In this document: piece after piece, positions 7,739 to 16,457 of the stretch
Layout: every line of letters begins with the position of its first letter
Position numbering within the stretch: position 1 is the first letter of the stretch
Origin: Candidatus Hydrogenedentota bacterium
GTDB taxonomy: Bacteria; Hydrogenedentota; Hydrogenedentia; Hydrogenedentales; GCA-2746185
Reading direction: 5' to 3'
Assembly: GCA_046583315.1 (NCBI GenBank)
Contig: JAYGCN010000054.1
Coordinates: 1 to 18,432, forward strand
Length of the DNA: 18,432 nucleotides
Made by a program: the position numbers and the translations under genes
The notes under the pieces: generated by a model
The model's database searches: none
What the model was told of the DNA's origin: nothing
The model's input: only the letters and a program-made list of their open reading frames with translations

Positions 7739-9030
7739 GGAATCTTCTCAGCATAGGGATAACACTTCTCGTGTTGCTCGCAGCATCCGGAGCCCAGGCC
7801 ATCGAATTGAAGTTTCCGCCGCCCGATTTCCAGACCTCCTACGCCTTGCCGGATATCTATGTGCCAACACCCGATGCAGGATTCGGCTGGTGGGACTCCG
7901 TCATTCTCTTCGCCGCGCTATCGATGGCAACGTTTTTCGTGTTCAAAGCTCGCTCACGACGCGGACTCTTCCTCCTCAGTATCTTTTCGCTCGCCTTTTT
8001 CGGCTTCTATCGTGACGGCTGCATCTGTCCGATAGGTTCCACCCAGAACGTGATGGCCGCCGTATTCATTCCTGACGTCGGCATATCCGCAATCGTCGTA
8101 TCCTTCTTCGTGTTACCGCTATTGTTCTCGCTATTTTACGGACGCGTTTTCTGCGCATCCGTCTGCCCGCTCGGAGCCATTCAAGAGCTCGTCGCCGTAG
8201 CACCCATTCGAATCTCCCCAGCACTCGAACGTGTTCTCGGTCTGGGCAAATACCTCTACCTCGGACTCGCGACACTCGGTGTGGCAACCGGTGCAGGCTT
8301 CCTCATATGCCGTTACGATCCCTTCGTCGGCATCTTCCGCATGGGCCACAGTTACAACATGCTCCTCGCCGGTGCCGCGATCTTGATTCTGGGAGTATTC
8401 GTAGCCAGACCCTACTGCCGATTCCTCTGCCCCTACGGCGTGCTACTCGGCTGGATGTCGTACTTCTCAAAATTCCACCTCGACATTCCCCCGTCTCCAT
8501 GCGTGTCGTGCCGCTTGTGTGAAGACTCTTGTCCCTACAACGCCATCGACATGCCGACCCCTGCCAATCTGGTCGAGAAGCCGGAAGTAGGCAAGGCGCG
8601 CATTCGTTGGACGCTCGCCGCCTCACCGCTGCTCATAGTGGCCGGTGCAGTGGTCGGTTACATGATGCACGAGCCTCTTTCCCGCATGCACCCTACGGTC
8701 TCCCTCAGCGAACAGATCGCCCAGGAAGATCTCGGCCTTCGTAGCGGCGAGAATCTCGATACCGATACCTTCCGCACCAGCGATGTCACCACAACGGAAT
8801 TACATGCCGACGCAATGGCCGTGCGCGAAACCTTCAAAACGGGTGGGGCATGGCTTGGCGCGTTTATGATGCTAATTGTAAGTTTGAAATTGGTTGGTCT
8901 GTCGATAGTAAAGAAACGCGAAATTTTCACGCCTCGCAAGGAAATGTGCTTCAGTTGCGGTCGGTGTTATCCCTATTGCCCAGTCGAAGCCGAAGAAGAA
9001 GAATTCGAGCTGGGAACACGAGTAGCCTGA
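7735..9030 (+). CDS. Integral membrane 4Fe-4S protein of the NapH/MauN/NosR/RdxA-like polyferredoxin family
   Basis: ATGA overlap with the previous stop. Signal peptide ending AQA and multiple TM helices. Motifs GCICPIG, FCASVCPLG, YCRFLCPYG, CVSCRLCEDSCP and CFSCGRCYPYCP. Confidence 0.88.
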   Translation: MRNLLSIGITLLVLLAASGAQAIELKFPPPDFQTSYALPDIYVPTPDAGFGWWDSVILFAALSMATFFVFKARSRRGLFLLSIFSLAFFGFYRDGCICPIGSTQNVMAAVFIPDVGISAIVVSFFVLPLLFSLFYGRVFCASVCPLGAIQELVAVAPIRISPALERVLGLGKYLYLGLATLGVATGAGFLICRYDPFVGIFRMGHSYNMLLAGAAILILGVFVARPYCRFLCPYGVLLGWMSYFSKFHLDIPPSPCVSCRLCEDSCPYNAIDMPTPANLVEKPEVGKARIRWTLAASPLLIVAGAVVGYMMHEPLSRMHPTVSLSEQIAQEDLGLRSGENLDTDTFRTSDVTTTELHADAMAVRETFKTGGAWLGAFMMLIVSLKLVGLSIVKKREIFTPRKEMCFSCGRCYPYCPVEAEEEEFELGTRVA

Positions 9031-10781
9031 TGTTAGAAAAAAGAGAGTTTGAAAAGAACGATTTCATGTGGCGCGTGTCTGCGATGTTAACCCTGGTCGC
9101 AGGCTCGTTCTCGTTGCTCGTATTCGTCATGCTCGTTATCAACTACCTGCAGATCCGTGCAGCCGATCCGGTAGACAACGTGATGCTCACGCAAATGCGC
9201 ATCGAATACGCCAATCTGCCGGATCAAGACGCCGTTCTCGCGAAACGCATCCAGGATCTCGATCTGCTTACGCGCAAAGCATTCTTCACCACACAGAATC
9301 ATCTGCGTATCGGCGCTATCATGCTACTCGTCGGTATTACTGTATTCATGGTCGCCTTCAAAAACATGGCGCGCTGGAGACCCGAGCGCCCTCAGCTTGC
9401 GGAGACCCCCACGGCCGAATACGAATTTCTTGCCATGGCCGAATCGCGAAACCTGATCACCTGGGGTGCCGTAATCCTGCTCGGCGGAGGCTTGATGGCC
9501 TCCTATTTCACCGAGAGCGCGTTGGTACCAAAAGCCGACGTGGGAATAGCAGCGGCACCCGGCAGTGAACCCGAAGCTGAAGTGGTCGCCAAAGTTTTCC
9601 CCGATTGGGATGCCGTCGAAAAACAGTGGCCGACATTTCGCGGGGCCGGGGCATTGGGCCAATCAAAATTCGATACTGTTCCAACAGAATGGAATGTGGA
9701 ATCAGGCCAAAACATCAAATGGAAAGTGGAATTGCCACGCATCGGCACGAACTCCCCCGTCATCTGGGATAACCGCCTATTCATGACCGGGGCCGACGAA
9801 GAAGTACGCGAAGTGTATTGCTACGACACCGAGACTGGCGAACTTCTGTGGACCAAGACCGTTGAAGGCCTCGAAGGCACACCCGACGAATCACCCCAGA
9901 TCAACGAAGAAACCGGATTCGCCGCACCCACCATGGCGGTACACGGCGACCAGGTGTTTGCCCTATTCGCGAACGCCGATATTGTTTCCTACGACTTCGA
10001 AGGCAATCAGATCTGGGGATACAACCTCGGTCTGCCTGACAATCACTACGGACATTCCTCCTCCCTGCTCACCTACGGCAACCTCCTATTTGTGCAATAC
10101 GACCAAGCCGAAAACAGCGAGCTCATCGCGCTCAACGCGGCGACGGGTGACGATGCTTGGGCCATGCCGCGCGACGAAATTTCCTGGGCCTCCCCCATCC
10201 TCGCACACACCGAGTTCGGTCCGCAGATCATCCTCGCCTCCGAAGAAAACGTCGACGCGTACGACCCGACCTCCGGCAAACTGCTCTGGCGTGAAGAAGT
10301 ACTCGGCGGCGAAGTCGCGCCCTCCCCGGCATACAGCAACGGCATCGTGTTCGCCGCAAACGAATGCGCCATGGCTGCGGGCATTCAAATCGGCGGTTCC
10401 AGCGACGCGGTTGAATCCGAAGTCATCTGGGAATACGACATGATGCTGCCCGAAGTATCCAGCCCTATCGGTGACGGTGAACGATTCTATTTCGCAACGT
10501 CCATCGGAGAAATCGTATGCCTCGATGCCAAAACTGGCGAAGAGCTGTGGATGTCCGAATACGACGACGGCTTCTATTCGTCTCCAGTATTGGTCGGTGA
10601 CAAAATCTACATCTCCGACATGCCCGGCAACATGTACATCGTTCGTGCCGGCTCAGAATACGAATTGCTGAACACCATCCCCATGGGCGACACCATTTTC
10701 GCAACACCAGCGTTCCTTGACGGACGCATCTATATACGCACCGCAACGGCCCTTTACTGTATCGAGAATCAAGATGTCTAG
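9030..10781 (+). CDS. PQQ-binding-like beta-propeller with an N-terminal three-TM membrane domain
   Basis: TGATG overlap. Three hydrophobic helices, then WPTFRGAG, NIKWKVELP..G.NSPVIWDNR, repeated TGELLW/SGKLLW/TGEELW, FYSSPV and ATPAFLDGRIYIRT motifs. Confidence 0.88.
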   Translation: MLEKREFEKNDFMWRVSAMLTLVAGSFSLLVFVMLVINYLQIRAADPVDNVMLTQMRIEYANLPDQDAVLAKRIQDLDLLTRKAFFTTQNHLRIGAIMLLVGITVFMVAFKNMARWRPERPQLAETPTAEYEFLAMAESRNLITWGAVILLGGGLMASYFTESALVPKADVGIAAAPGSEPEAEVVAKVFPDWDAVEKQWPTFRGAGALGQSKFDTVPTEWNVESGQNIKWKVELPRIGTNSPVIWDNRLFMTGADEEVREVYCYDTETGELLWTKTVEGLEGTPDESPQINEETGFAAPTMAVHGDQVFALFANADIVSYDFEGNQIWGYNLGLPDNHYGHSSSLLTYGNLLFVQYDQAENSELIALNAATGDDAWAMPRDEISWASPILAHTEFGPQIILASEENVDAYDPTSGKLLWREEVLGGEVAPSPAYSNGIVFAANECAMAAGIQIGGSSDAVESEVIWEYDMMLPEVSSPIGDGERFYFATSIGEIVCLDAKTGEELWMSEYDDGFYSSPVLVGDKIYISDMPGNMYIVRAGSEYELLNTIPMGDTIFATPAFLDGRIYIRTATALYCIENQDV

Positions 10782-13269
10782 CGAACTCGAAATATTAGAA
10801 TACGACATCGCCGATATCGAGGCGATCGTCGAAGAAACCGGAACCGGTCCCGAAGCGGTCATCCCGATTCTTCAGGCGATCCAGAAAAAATATCGATACC
10901 TGCCCGGTGTGGCACTCGAGCGCGTGTGTGAACTGACCAATATTCTGCCATCAGACATCGAAGGCGTTGCGACCTTCTACACCCAATTCCGAAGCGAACC
11001 CGTGGGCAAACACGTCATCAGCCTCTGCGACGGTACCGCCTGCCATGTCAAAGGATCCATCGACATTCACGAGGCCGTCTGCGAAGAACTGGGCATCAAA
11101 CCCGGCGACGACACTGATGACGAGGGAAATTATACGATTCAGAAAGTCGCCTGCTTGGGATGTTGTTCGCTGGCACCGGCACTCAAGATTGAAGAAGTCA
11201 CCTACGCCAACGTCGGCATCGATTCCATTACCCCCGTGTTCGAAGATTTTGTCAAACGGGAAGCCGAAGCATTAAACGGAAAAACAGAACTCAAACCCCG
11301 CAAAACCCATCTCAACGGCGCGGAAATCCGCATCGGTCTGGACTCCTGCTGCGTAGCCAGCGGCACCGATCGAATCGAGGCGGCCCTGGAAGCAGCCCTT
11401 ATCGAAATCGAATCGGACGTACCCATCAAACACGTCAGTTGCGTGCATATGTGCCACCAGGTCCCCGTAATCGAAGTCGTTCAAGAAGGCAAACCGACCA
11501 CGATGTACGTCAAGGTGGACGAAGAAGACATCTCCGAGATCGTGTCCAAGCACTTCAAACCGAAAAACCCTTTGAGCCTGCTGAAGTCAGCGGCCATGAA
11601 GTGGTCCGAACACCTCTACAGCAACCTCGATCAAGAAGAACTCGTCAGTCGCCACGGTTCAGACGTGCGTGACGAAGCCACGAACTCCACATTCCTTTCG
11701 AAACAAGTGCACATCGCGACTGAGTTTCGCGGCGATCTCGATCCCGCAAGTCTCCCGGAATACCTGCAACGCGGTGGGTTTATGGCCTTGGAAAAATGTC
11801 TCTTCGGCTCAACCGGCGGCGTCGCGCTGATGGCCGATCACCTCGGCCAGAAGCCCAAGTCGCGTTCCACCGAAACGGGCTGGGGTTCCGAACGTATCAT
11901 CAAAGAGATTCTTGACAGTGGTTTGCGAGGACGTGGCGGTGCCGGATTTCCAACGGGACGCAAATGGCAATTCGTAAAAGGCGCGCCCGGTGAGAAGAAA
12001 TACGTCATCTGCAACGGGGACGAAGGCGACCCCGGCGCATTCATGGACCGCATGATTCTTGAGTCGTACTCTTATCGCGTGATTGAAGGCATGGCGATCA
12101 GCGCATTGGCTGTCGACTCAGATGAAGGCATCCTGTACATCCGCGCCGAATACCCCCTCGCCACGAAACGCCTTCGTCAGGCCATCCTCGATTGCGAAGA
12201 AGCCGGCATCATCGGCGACGACATATTGGGCAGCGGAAAATCATTCCACCTTCGCGTAAAAGAAGGCGCCGGAGCATTCGTGTGTGGCGAAGAGACTGCC
12301 TTGATCGCGTCCCTCGAAGGAAAACGTGGAATGCCCACCATACGGCCACCATTCCCGGCCATCAAAGGCCTCTGGGGTAAACCCACCCTCATCAACAATA
12401 CCGAAACCGTCGCGATGGTGCCCTGGATCATACGCAATGGCGCAGAAAAGTTTGCCGAACTGGGGACCGAACGCAGTAAAGGCACCAAAGTATTCTCCTT
12501 GGCTGGCAAGATTCGTCACGGCGGCCTGATCGAAGTGCCCATGGGCATCACCATCAACGAAATCGTCGAAGACATCGGCGGTGGCATCGCGGACGGACAC
12601 ACCTTCAAAGCCATGCTCGTCGGCGGGCCTTCCGGCGGCTGTATCCCCGCGTCACTCGGCCATACGCCTGTGGACTACGAAGCCCTCTCCGAAATCGGCG
12701 CCATGATGGGTTCGGGCGGACTCATCGTGTTGGACGATACCGACTGCATCGTCGAGATGTGTCGCTACTTCCTCTCCTTTACCCAGGAAGAATCCTGCGG
12801 AAAATGTACGCCCTGCCGTATCGGTACCATGCGCATGAAAGAAATGCTCGAACGCCTCTGCAACGGCAAAGGCAAGTTAAGCGATCTTGAACTGCTGGAC
12901 GAGCTCGGGCAGGTCGTCAAAAATCAAAGTCTCTGTGGCCTCGGAAAAACCGCCCCGAACCCCGTGCTGACCGCCCTCAAATACTTCAAAGAAGAATTCA
13001 TCGCACACGTCAACGGAAAATGCCCGGCGGGAAAATGCAAACCCCTGATCGATTACTGGATCATCGATACCTGCATCGGCTGTACGAAATGCGAACAGGT
13101 CTGCCCGATTGACGATTGCATCGATTCTACGCCATTCAAATTCCACACCATCAATTTGGATACCTGTACCCGTTGCGACGCGTGCCTCCCGGTATGCCCG
13201 ACCAACGCCATAATCGCGGGCTCACGCGATCCCGAAGAAGTAAAACAAGCTGAGGAAGCACTGGTTTGA
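10774..13269 (+). CDS. NuoE-NuoF-like fusion (HydC-HydB / BfuC-BfuB type) NADH-binding FMN iron-sulfur flavoprotein
   Basis: NuoE-like CDGTAC...CLGCC [2Fe-2S]. Second thioredoxin-like domain SCC...CVHMC. NuoF motifs GLRGRGGAGFPTG, CNGDEGDPGAFMDR, GAGAFVCGEETAL, GGPSGG and ESCGKCTPCR...SLCGLG. C-terminal 2x[4Fe-4S]. The ATG at 10774 overlaps the previous stop. Confidence 0.92.
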   Translation: MSSELEILEYDIADIEAIVEETGTGPEAVIPILQAIQKKYRYLPGVALERVCELTNILPSDIEGVATFYTQFRSEPVGKHVISLCDGTACHVKGSIDIHEAVCEELGIKPGDDTDDEGNYTIQKVACLGCCSLAPALKIEEVTYANVGIDSITPVFEDFVKREAEALNGKTELKPRKTHLNGAEIRIGLDSCCVASGTDRIEAALEAALIEIESDVPIKHVSCVHMCHQVPVIEVVQEGKPTTMYVKVDEEDISEIVSKHFKPKNPLSLLKSAAMKWSEHLYSNLDQEELVSRHGSDVRDEATNSTFLSKQVHIATEFRGDLDPASLPEYLQRGGFMALEKCLFGSTGGVALMADHLGQKPKSRSTETGWGSERIIKEILDSGLRGRGGAGFPTGRKWQFVKGAPGEKKYVICNGDEGDPGAFMDRMILESYSYRVIEGMAISALAVDSDEGILYIRAEYPLATKRLRQAILDCEEAGIIGDDILGSGKSFHLRVKEGAGAFVCGEETALIASLEGKRGMPTIRPPFPAIKGLWGKPTLINNTETVAMVPWIIRNGAEKFAELGTERSKGTKVFSLAGKIRHGGLIEVPMGITINEIVEDIGGGIADGHTFKAMLVGGPSGGCIPASLGHTPVDYEALSEIGAMMGSGGLIVLDDTDCIVEMCRYFLSFTQEESCGKCTPCRIGTMRMKEMLERLCNGKGKLSDLELLDELGQVVKNQSLCGLGKTAPNPVLTALKYFKEEFIAHVNGKCPAGKCKPLIDYWIIDTCIGCTKCEQVCPIDDCIDSTPFKFHTINLDTCTRCDACLPVCPTNAIIAGSRDPEEVKQAEEALV

Positions 13270-14795
13270 TCAAGCTAAAAATAAATAATAAGGAAATCGA
13301 GGTCGAAGGAGGTACCACCCTAATTCATGTCGCGCGCGACATGGGCATCGAAGTCCCTACCCTGTGTTACTGGGAAGGCGTGAAACCCATGAACTCGTGC
13401 ATGTTGTGCGTGATGCGCGATTCCAACACAGGCATCTTGCACCCCTCCTGCTCCACCATGGTCCAGGAAGGCATGGACATCGAGACCGACAGCGGCGATG
13501 TATGTGAAGCGCGCAAAGACGTGCTCGAACTCACCATCAGTGAACACGTCGGCGATTGCGAAGCCCCCTGTACCCATACCTGTCCGGCTTCCATGAATAT
13601 CCCCGTGATGATGCGCCAGATTTACGAAGGCGATCTCGATGCCGCGGCGTATACCGTTACCAACGGTCTCGTATTCCCCGGCACCCTCGGATACGTATGC
13701 CCCGCGCCCTGCGAGAGCCCATGTCGTCGCAAAGGCTACGACGAAACCATGAAAATAAAGCGACTGCACCGCGAAGTCTCCGAAAAAGCGCTAAAGGATA
13801 ATCCCGAATTGCTCGACTGCCCCGAAGATTCCGGAAAACACGTCTCCATCATAGGCGGCGGACTCACTGGCATGGCCTCGGCCTGGGTATTGCGCAAACA
13901 CGGCCACGCAGTCACCATCTACGAAAAAGAAGCCAAGGCCGGCGGAAAAGTCCGCAACCTCACCGAAGAAGAACTGCCCAAAGAAGTACTCGACGCCGAA
14001 ATCGATTTCATTCGTCAGCTGGGTGTCACCTTCGAATACAATCGCGAAATAAACGGCAACGGCGACCTCGAAGCCATCATGGCAAATTCCGACAGTGTGA
14101 TCGTTGCCTGCAAGGAAGTCGCCAAACCCGGTGGAAAAATCTTTGAAGCCAAGGAACACAAACTCGACGTGCGCGCTGTCGGTAATGGCAAAACCACCGC
14201 CACCTGGGTCGACAAATACCTCAAAAGCGTCGAGCCGACACCCGATCCCAAACTTTTCGATTCCAAATACGGCAAACTCGACAAGTCAAATCTCAGCCGT
14301 CTGCTTGAGAACAAGACAGCCATGACGATCCCCAAAATTGAAGGCGAACTCGTCGATGCACGCGCCGAAGCAGGACGCTGCCTGCACTGCGATTGCCGCA
14401 AGCGGGTCAGTTGTGGCCTACGCAAGTATGCTTCGGACTACGGTGCCCAGAAAAAGAAATACTTCGCCTCCGAAACACCCGACGTGCGCATTCTCGGCAG
14501 TGGAAACGTTATTCTGGAACCCGGAAAGTGTATTCGCTGCGGGCTGTGCGTCGCCATCGCCGAAAAACACGGCGAAGACATCGGACTCACCTTCGCCAAT
14601 CGCGGCTTCGACATGGAAATTCGCGTTCCCTTCGACCACAGCTTCGATGACGCACTGAAAAAGTCGGCATCCGAATGCGTGGAGGCCTGCCCCACGGCAG
14701 CAATTGCGTTCCGAAATGTGGAAGACGTTCACGGCTGCCACACCTCAACACAAATCAAGTTGGTACGCCCCGTTCCAACATCACCGACGTCATAA
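13266..14795 (+). CDS. NuoG/HydA-N-like [2Fe-2S] + GltD/NfnB-like Fe-S/FAD fragment + 2x[4Fe-4S] protein (BfuA-like subunit lacking a catalytic domain)
   Basis: TTGA overlap. IEVPTLC...SCMLC...PSC [2Fe-2S]. HVGDCEAPCTHTCP and VCPAPCESPCRR (GltD-type Fe-S domain). IIGGGLTG Rossmann motif. EAGRCLHCDC...C, KCIRCGLC and CVEACPTAAI. Confidence 0.85.
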   Translation: MIKLKINNKEIEVEGGTTLIHVARDMGIEVPTLCYWEGVKPMNSCMLCVMRDSNTGILHPSCSTMVQEGMDIETDSGDVCEARKDVLELTISEHVGDCEAPCTHTCPASMNIPVMMRQIYEGDLDAAAYTVTNGLVFPGTLGYVCPAPCESPCRRKGYDETMKIKRLHREVSEKALKDNPELLDCPEDSGKHVSIIGGGLTGMASAWVLRKHGHAVTIYEKEAKAGGKVRNLTEEELPKEVLDAEIDFIRQLGVTFEYNREINGNGDLEAIMANSDSVIVACKEVAKPGGKIFEAKEHKLDVRAVGNGKTTATWVDKYLKSVEPTPDPKLFDSKYGKLDKSNLSRLLENKTAMTIPKIEGELVDARAEAGRCLHCDCRKRVSCGLRKYASDYGAQKKKYFASETPDVRILGSGNVILEPGKCIRCGLCVAIAEKHGEDIGLTFANRGFDMEIRVPFDHSFDDALKKSASECVEACPTAAIAFRNVEDVHGCHTSTQIKLVRPVPTSPTS

Positions 14796-14825
14796 TAAAC
14801 TTACATACAATAGAAAGCAGTAAAC

Positions 14826-15764
14826 ATGAAACGTAAAGCTGGTTTTACCCTCATCGAACTACTCGTTGTCATCGCCATCATTGGAATTCTCGCGGCAATT
14901 CTTCTGCCCGCACTTTCCCGTGCCCGCGAGGCCACGCGCCGGGCATCCTGCGCCAACAACCTCAAGCAACTCGGCTTGTCATTGAAAATGTACGCCAACG
15001 AATCACGTAATAATCTCTACCCCCGAACCCACGGCGACCAACCCTTCAGCGATCCGACGCTGACCAACGAACCGGTCGGTTGTGATTTCGATTCGTTTCA
15101 GGCAGGCCCCGCTTTCGCTCCGAAAATGGATACCGTATACCCAGAATACATTGACGAACAAGGCGTCTTTGTGTGTCCATCGGATCGCGACGCCGCAATC
15201 GATAACCCCTTGCTCCAGGTTGCCGACGACGGGAGCGGCATCTGTGATTACGTCGGTGTCATCACCGGAGGCGACCAAAGTTACAATTACCTCGGTTACG
15301 TTCTGGACCGCGTCGACGAAACCTATCCCATGAACCCGGCCTTTCCCGGTGCCAGTTTTGATGCACCCATCCAGTTTTCCGGCCTCGCTTTCCTGATCGG
15401 CACAACCACATTCAACGAAGACCCCGAAGACGACGGACCGCTTGACGAAAACATCGATCTCACGATCTATGGGATGGGCGGAAATGGCAACGCCGGCACC
15501 GACATCATCTACCGGTTACGCGAAGGCGTCACACGCATGCTCATCACGGATATCAATAACCCCGCGGCATCCGCGCGCTCCCAAACGACGCTACCCATTA
15601 TGTGGGACACGCTTAGCTCAAACATCGGAGGCAGAATCGGCTACAACCACGTGGCATCCGGTTGCAACACGCTATACATGGATGGACACGTCGCCTGGGT
15701 GCACCAAGGCGAAGTATTCCCCGCCACCGTGTCCCACGCACAGTTCAATGCGCTATTCGAATAG
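14826..15764 (+). CDS. Prepilin-type N-terminal cleavage/methylation protein, DUF1559 / H-X9-DG-CTERM family
   Basis: [46 protein letters not shown]; internal VFVCPSD; C-terminal [16 protein letters not shown]. Confidence 0.93.
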   Translation: MKRKAGFTLIELLVVIAIIGILAAILLPALSRAREATRRASCANNLKQLGLSLKMYANESRNNLYPRTHGDQPFSDPTLTNEPVGCDFDSFQAGPAFAPKMDTVYPEYIDEQGVFVCPSDRDAAIDNPLLQVADDGSGICDYVGVITGGDQSYNYLGYVLDRVDETYPMNPAFPGASFDAPIQFSGLAFLIGTTTFNEDPEDDGPLDENIDLTIYGMGGNGNAGTDIIYRLREGVTRMLITDINNPAASARSQTTLPIMWDTLSSNIGGRIGYNHVASGCNTLYMDGHVAWVHQGEVFPATVSHAQFNALFE

Positions 15765-15767
15765 GCA

Positions 15768-16457
15768 CTAGACAAGTTCGAGCGTAAAACGCAACGTGAA
15801 ATAGATTCCCGTTGCCAGAAAGACGATGCCCGTGCCCCTGCGTGCCCACTTCTCTGCAAGTTGCACGTTCGAGAACACGCCGCCTACCTTGTTCGCCATG
15901 AAAACGATCAGCATCGCGAAAATCAGTACCGGTACAGCCACGCCCAAGGCATATACGAAAGGCAACAACACGCTCGATTCGTGAGTAACCGCCAGTGGAA
16001 TCATACCACCAAAGAACAACGCCGCTGTCGTCGGACAAAATGACATGGCAAACACGATTCCCAGCAGTGCTGAAATCCACACCCCCCCATCGGCCGCTTT
16101 CTTCTGCACCTCTTCTTTCAATTTTCCACGATTAAGTTGCACGTCCAACAATCCAAGCAGAAACATCGCCGTAACAACCAGAATTGGCCCCAGCAGTTTG
16201 AGAAAATAATCCTGCAACCACAACGAGACCGCCGGAACCGACAGCAAACTCCCCACGAGCAGCATACCCAAAACCACATACGCCAAGGCCTGTCCAGCAA
16301 TATAAAATAGTCCCGACAGCAACGCATACTTCGGATCATTCACCTTGCGCGCAATAAACGTGATCGCGGCAATGTTCGTGGCCATCAAGCAGGGACTCAC
16401 CGCCGTCAGAAATCCGAACCAGAACGCCGCACCCGTCGCCAGCGCGAAGTCACTCAT
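15768..16457 (-). CDS. CcdA/DsbD-like membrane protein, ArsG-family (aromatic arsenical permease-like)
   Basis: About six TM helices. TAVSPCLMATNIAAITFI and AMSFCPTTAALFFG carry the two CcdA-type membrane Cys. The start overlaps the upstream stop (ATGA). Confidence 0.8.
   Translation of the reverse strand: MSDFALATGAAFWFGFLTAVSPCLMATNIAAITFIARKVNDPKYALLSGLFYIAGQALAYVVLGMLLVGSLLSVPAVSLWLQDYFLKLLGPILVVTAMFLLGLLDVQLNRGKLKEEVQKKAADGGVWISALLGIVFAMSFCPTTAALFFGGMIPLAVTHESSVLLPFVYALGVAVPVLIFAMLIVFMANKVGGVFSNVQLAEKWARRGTGIVFLATGIYFTLRFTLELV

Noticed and set aside
4532..10781. Calling the propellers bamB or a methanol/alcohol dehydrogenase
   Set aside because: No lipoprotein BamB context and no MxaF/XoxF/ExaA catalytic motifs were recognised. 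Only the fold-level Trp-docking repeats are supported.
10774..14795. Calling these genes nuoE/F/G (complex I) or an [FeFe]-hydrogenase
   Set aside because: No other nuo genes are present, there are extra Fe-S domains not found in NuoF, and no H-cluster motifs (TSCCP, MPC, ExMxCxxGC) or maturases are seen.
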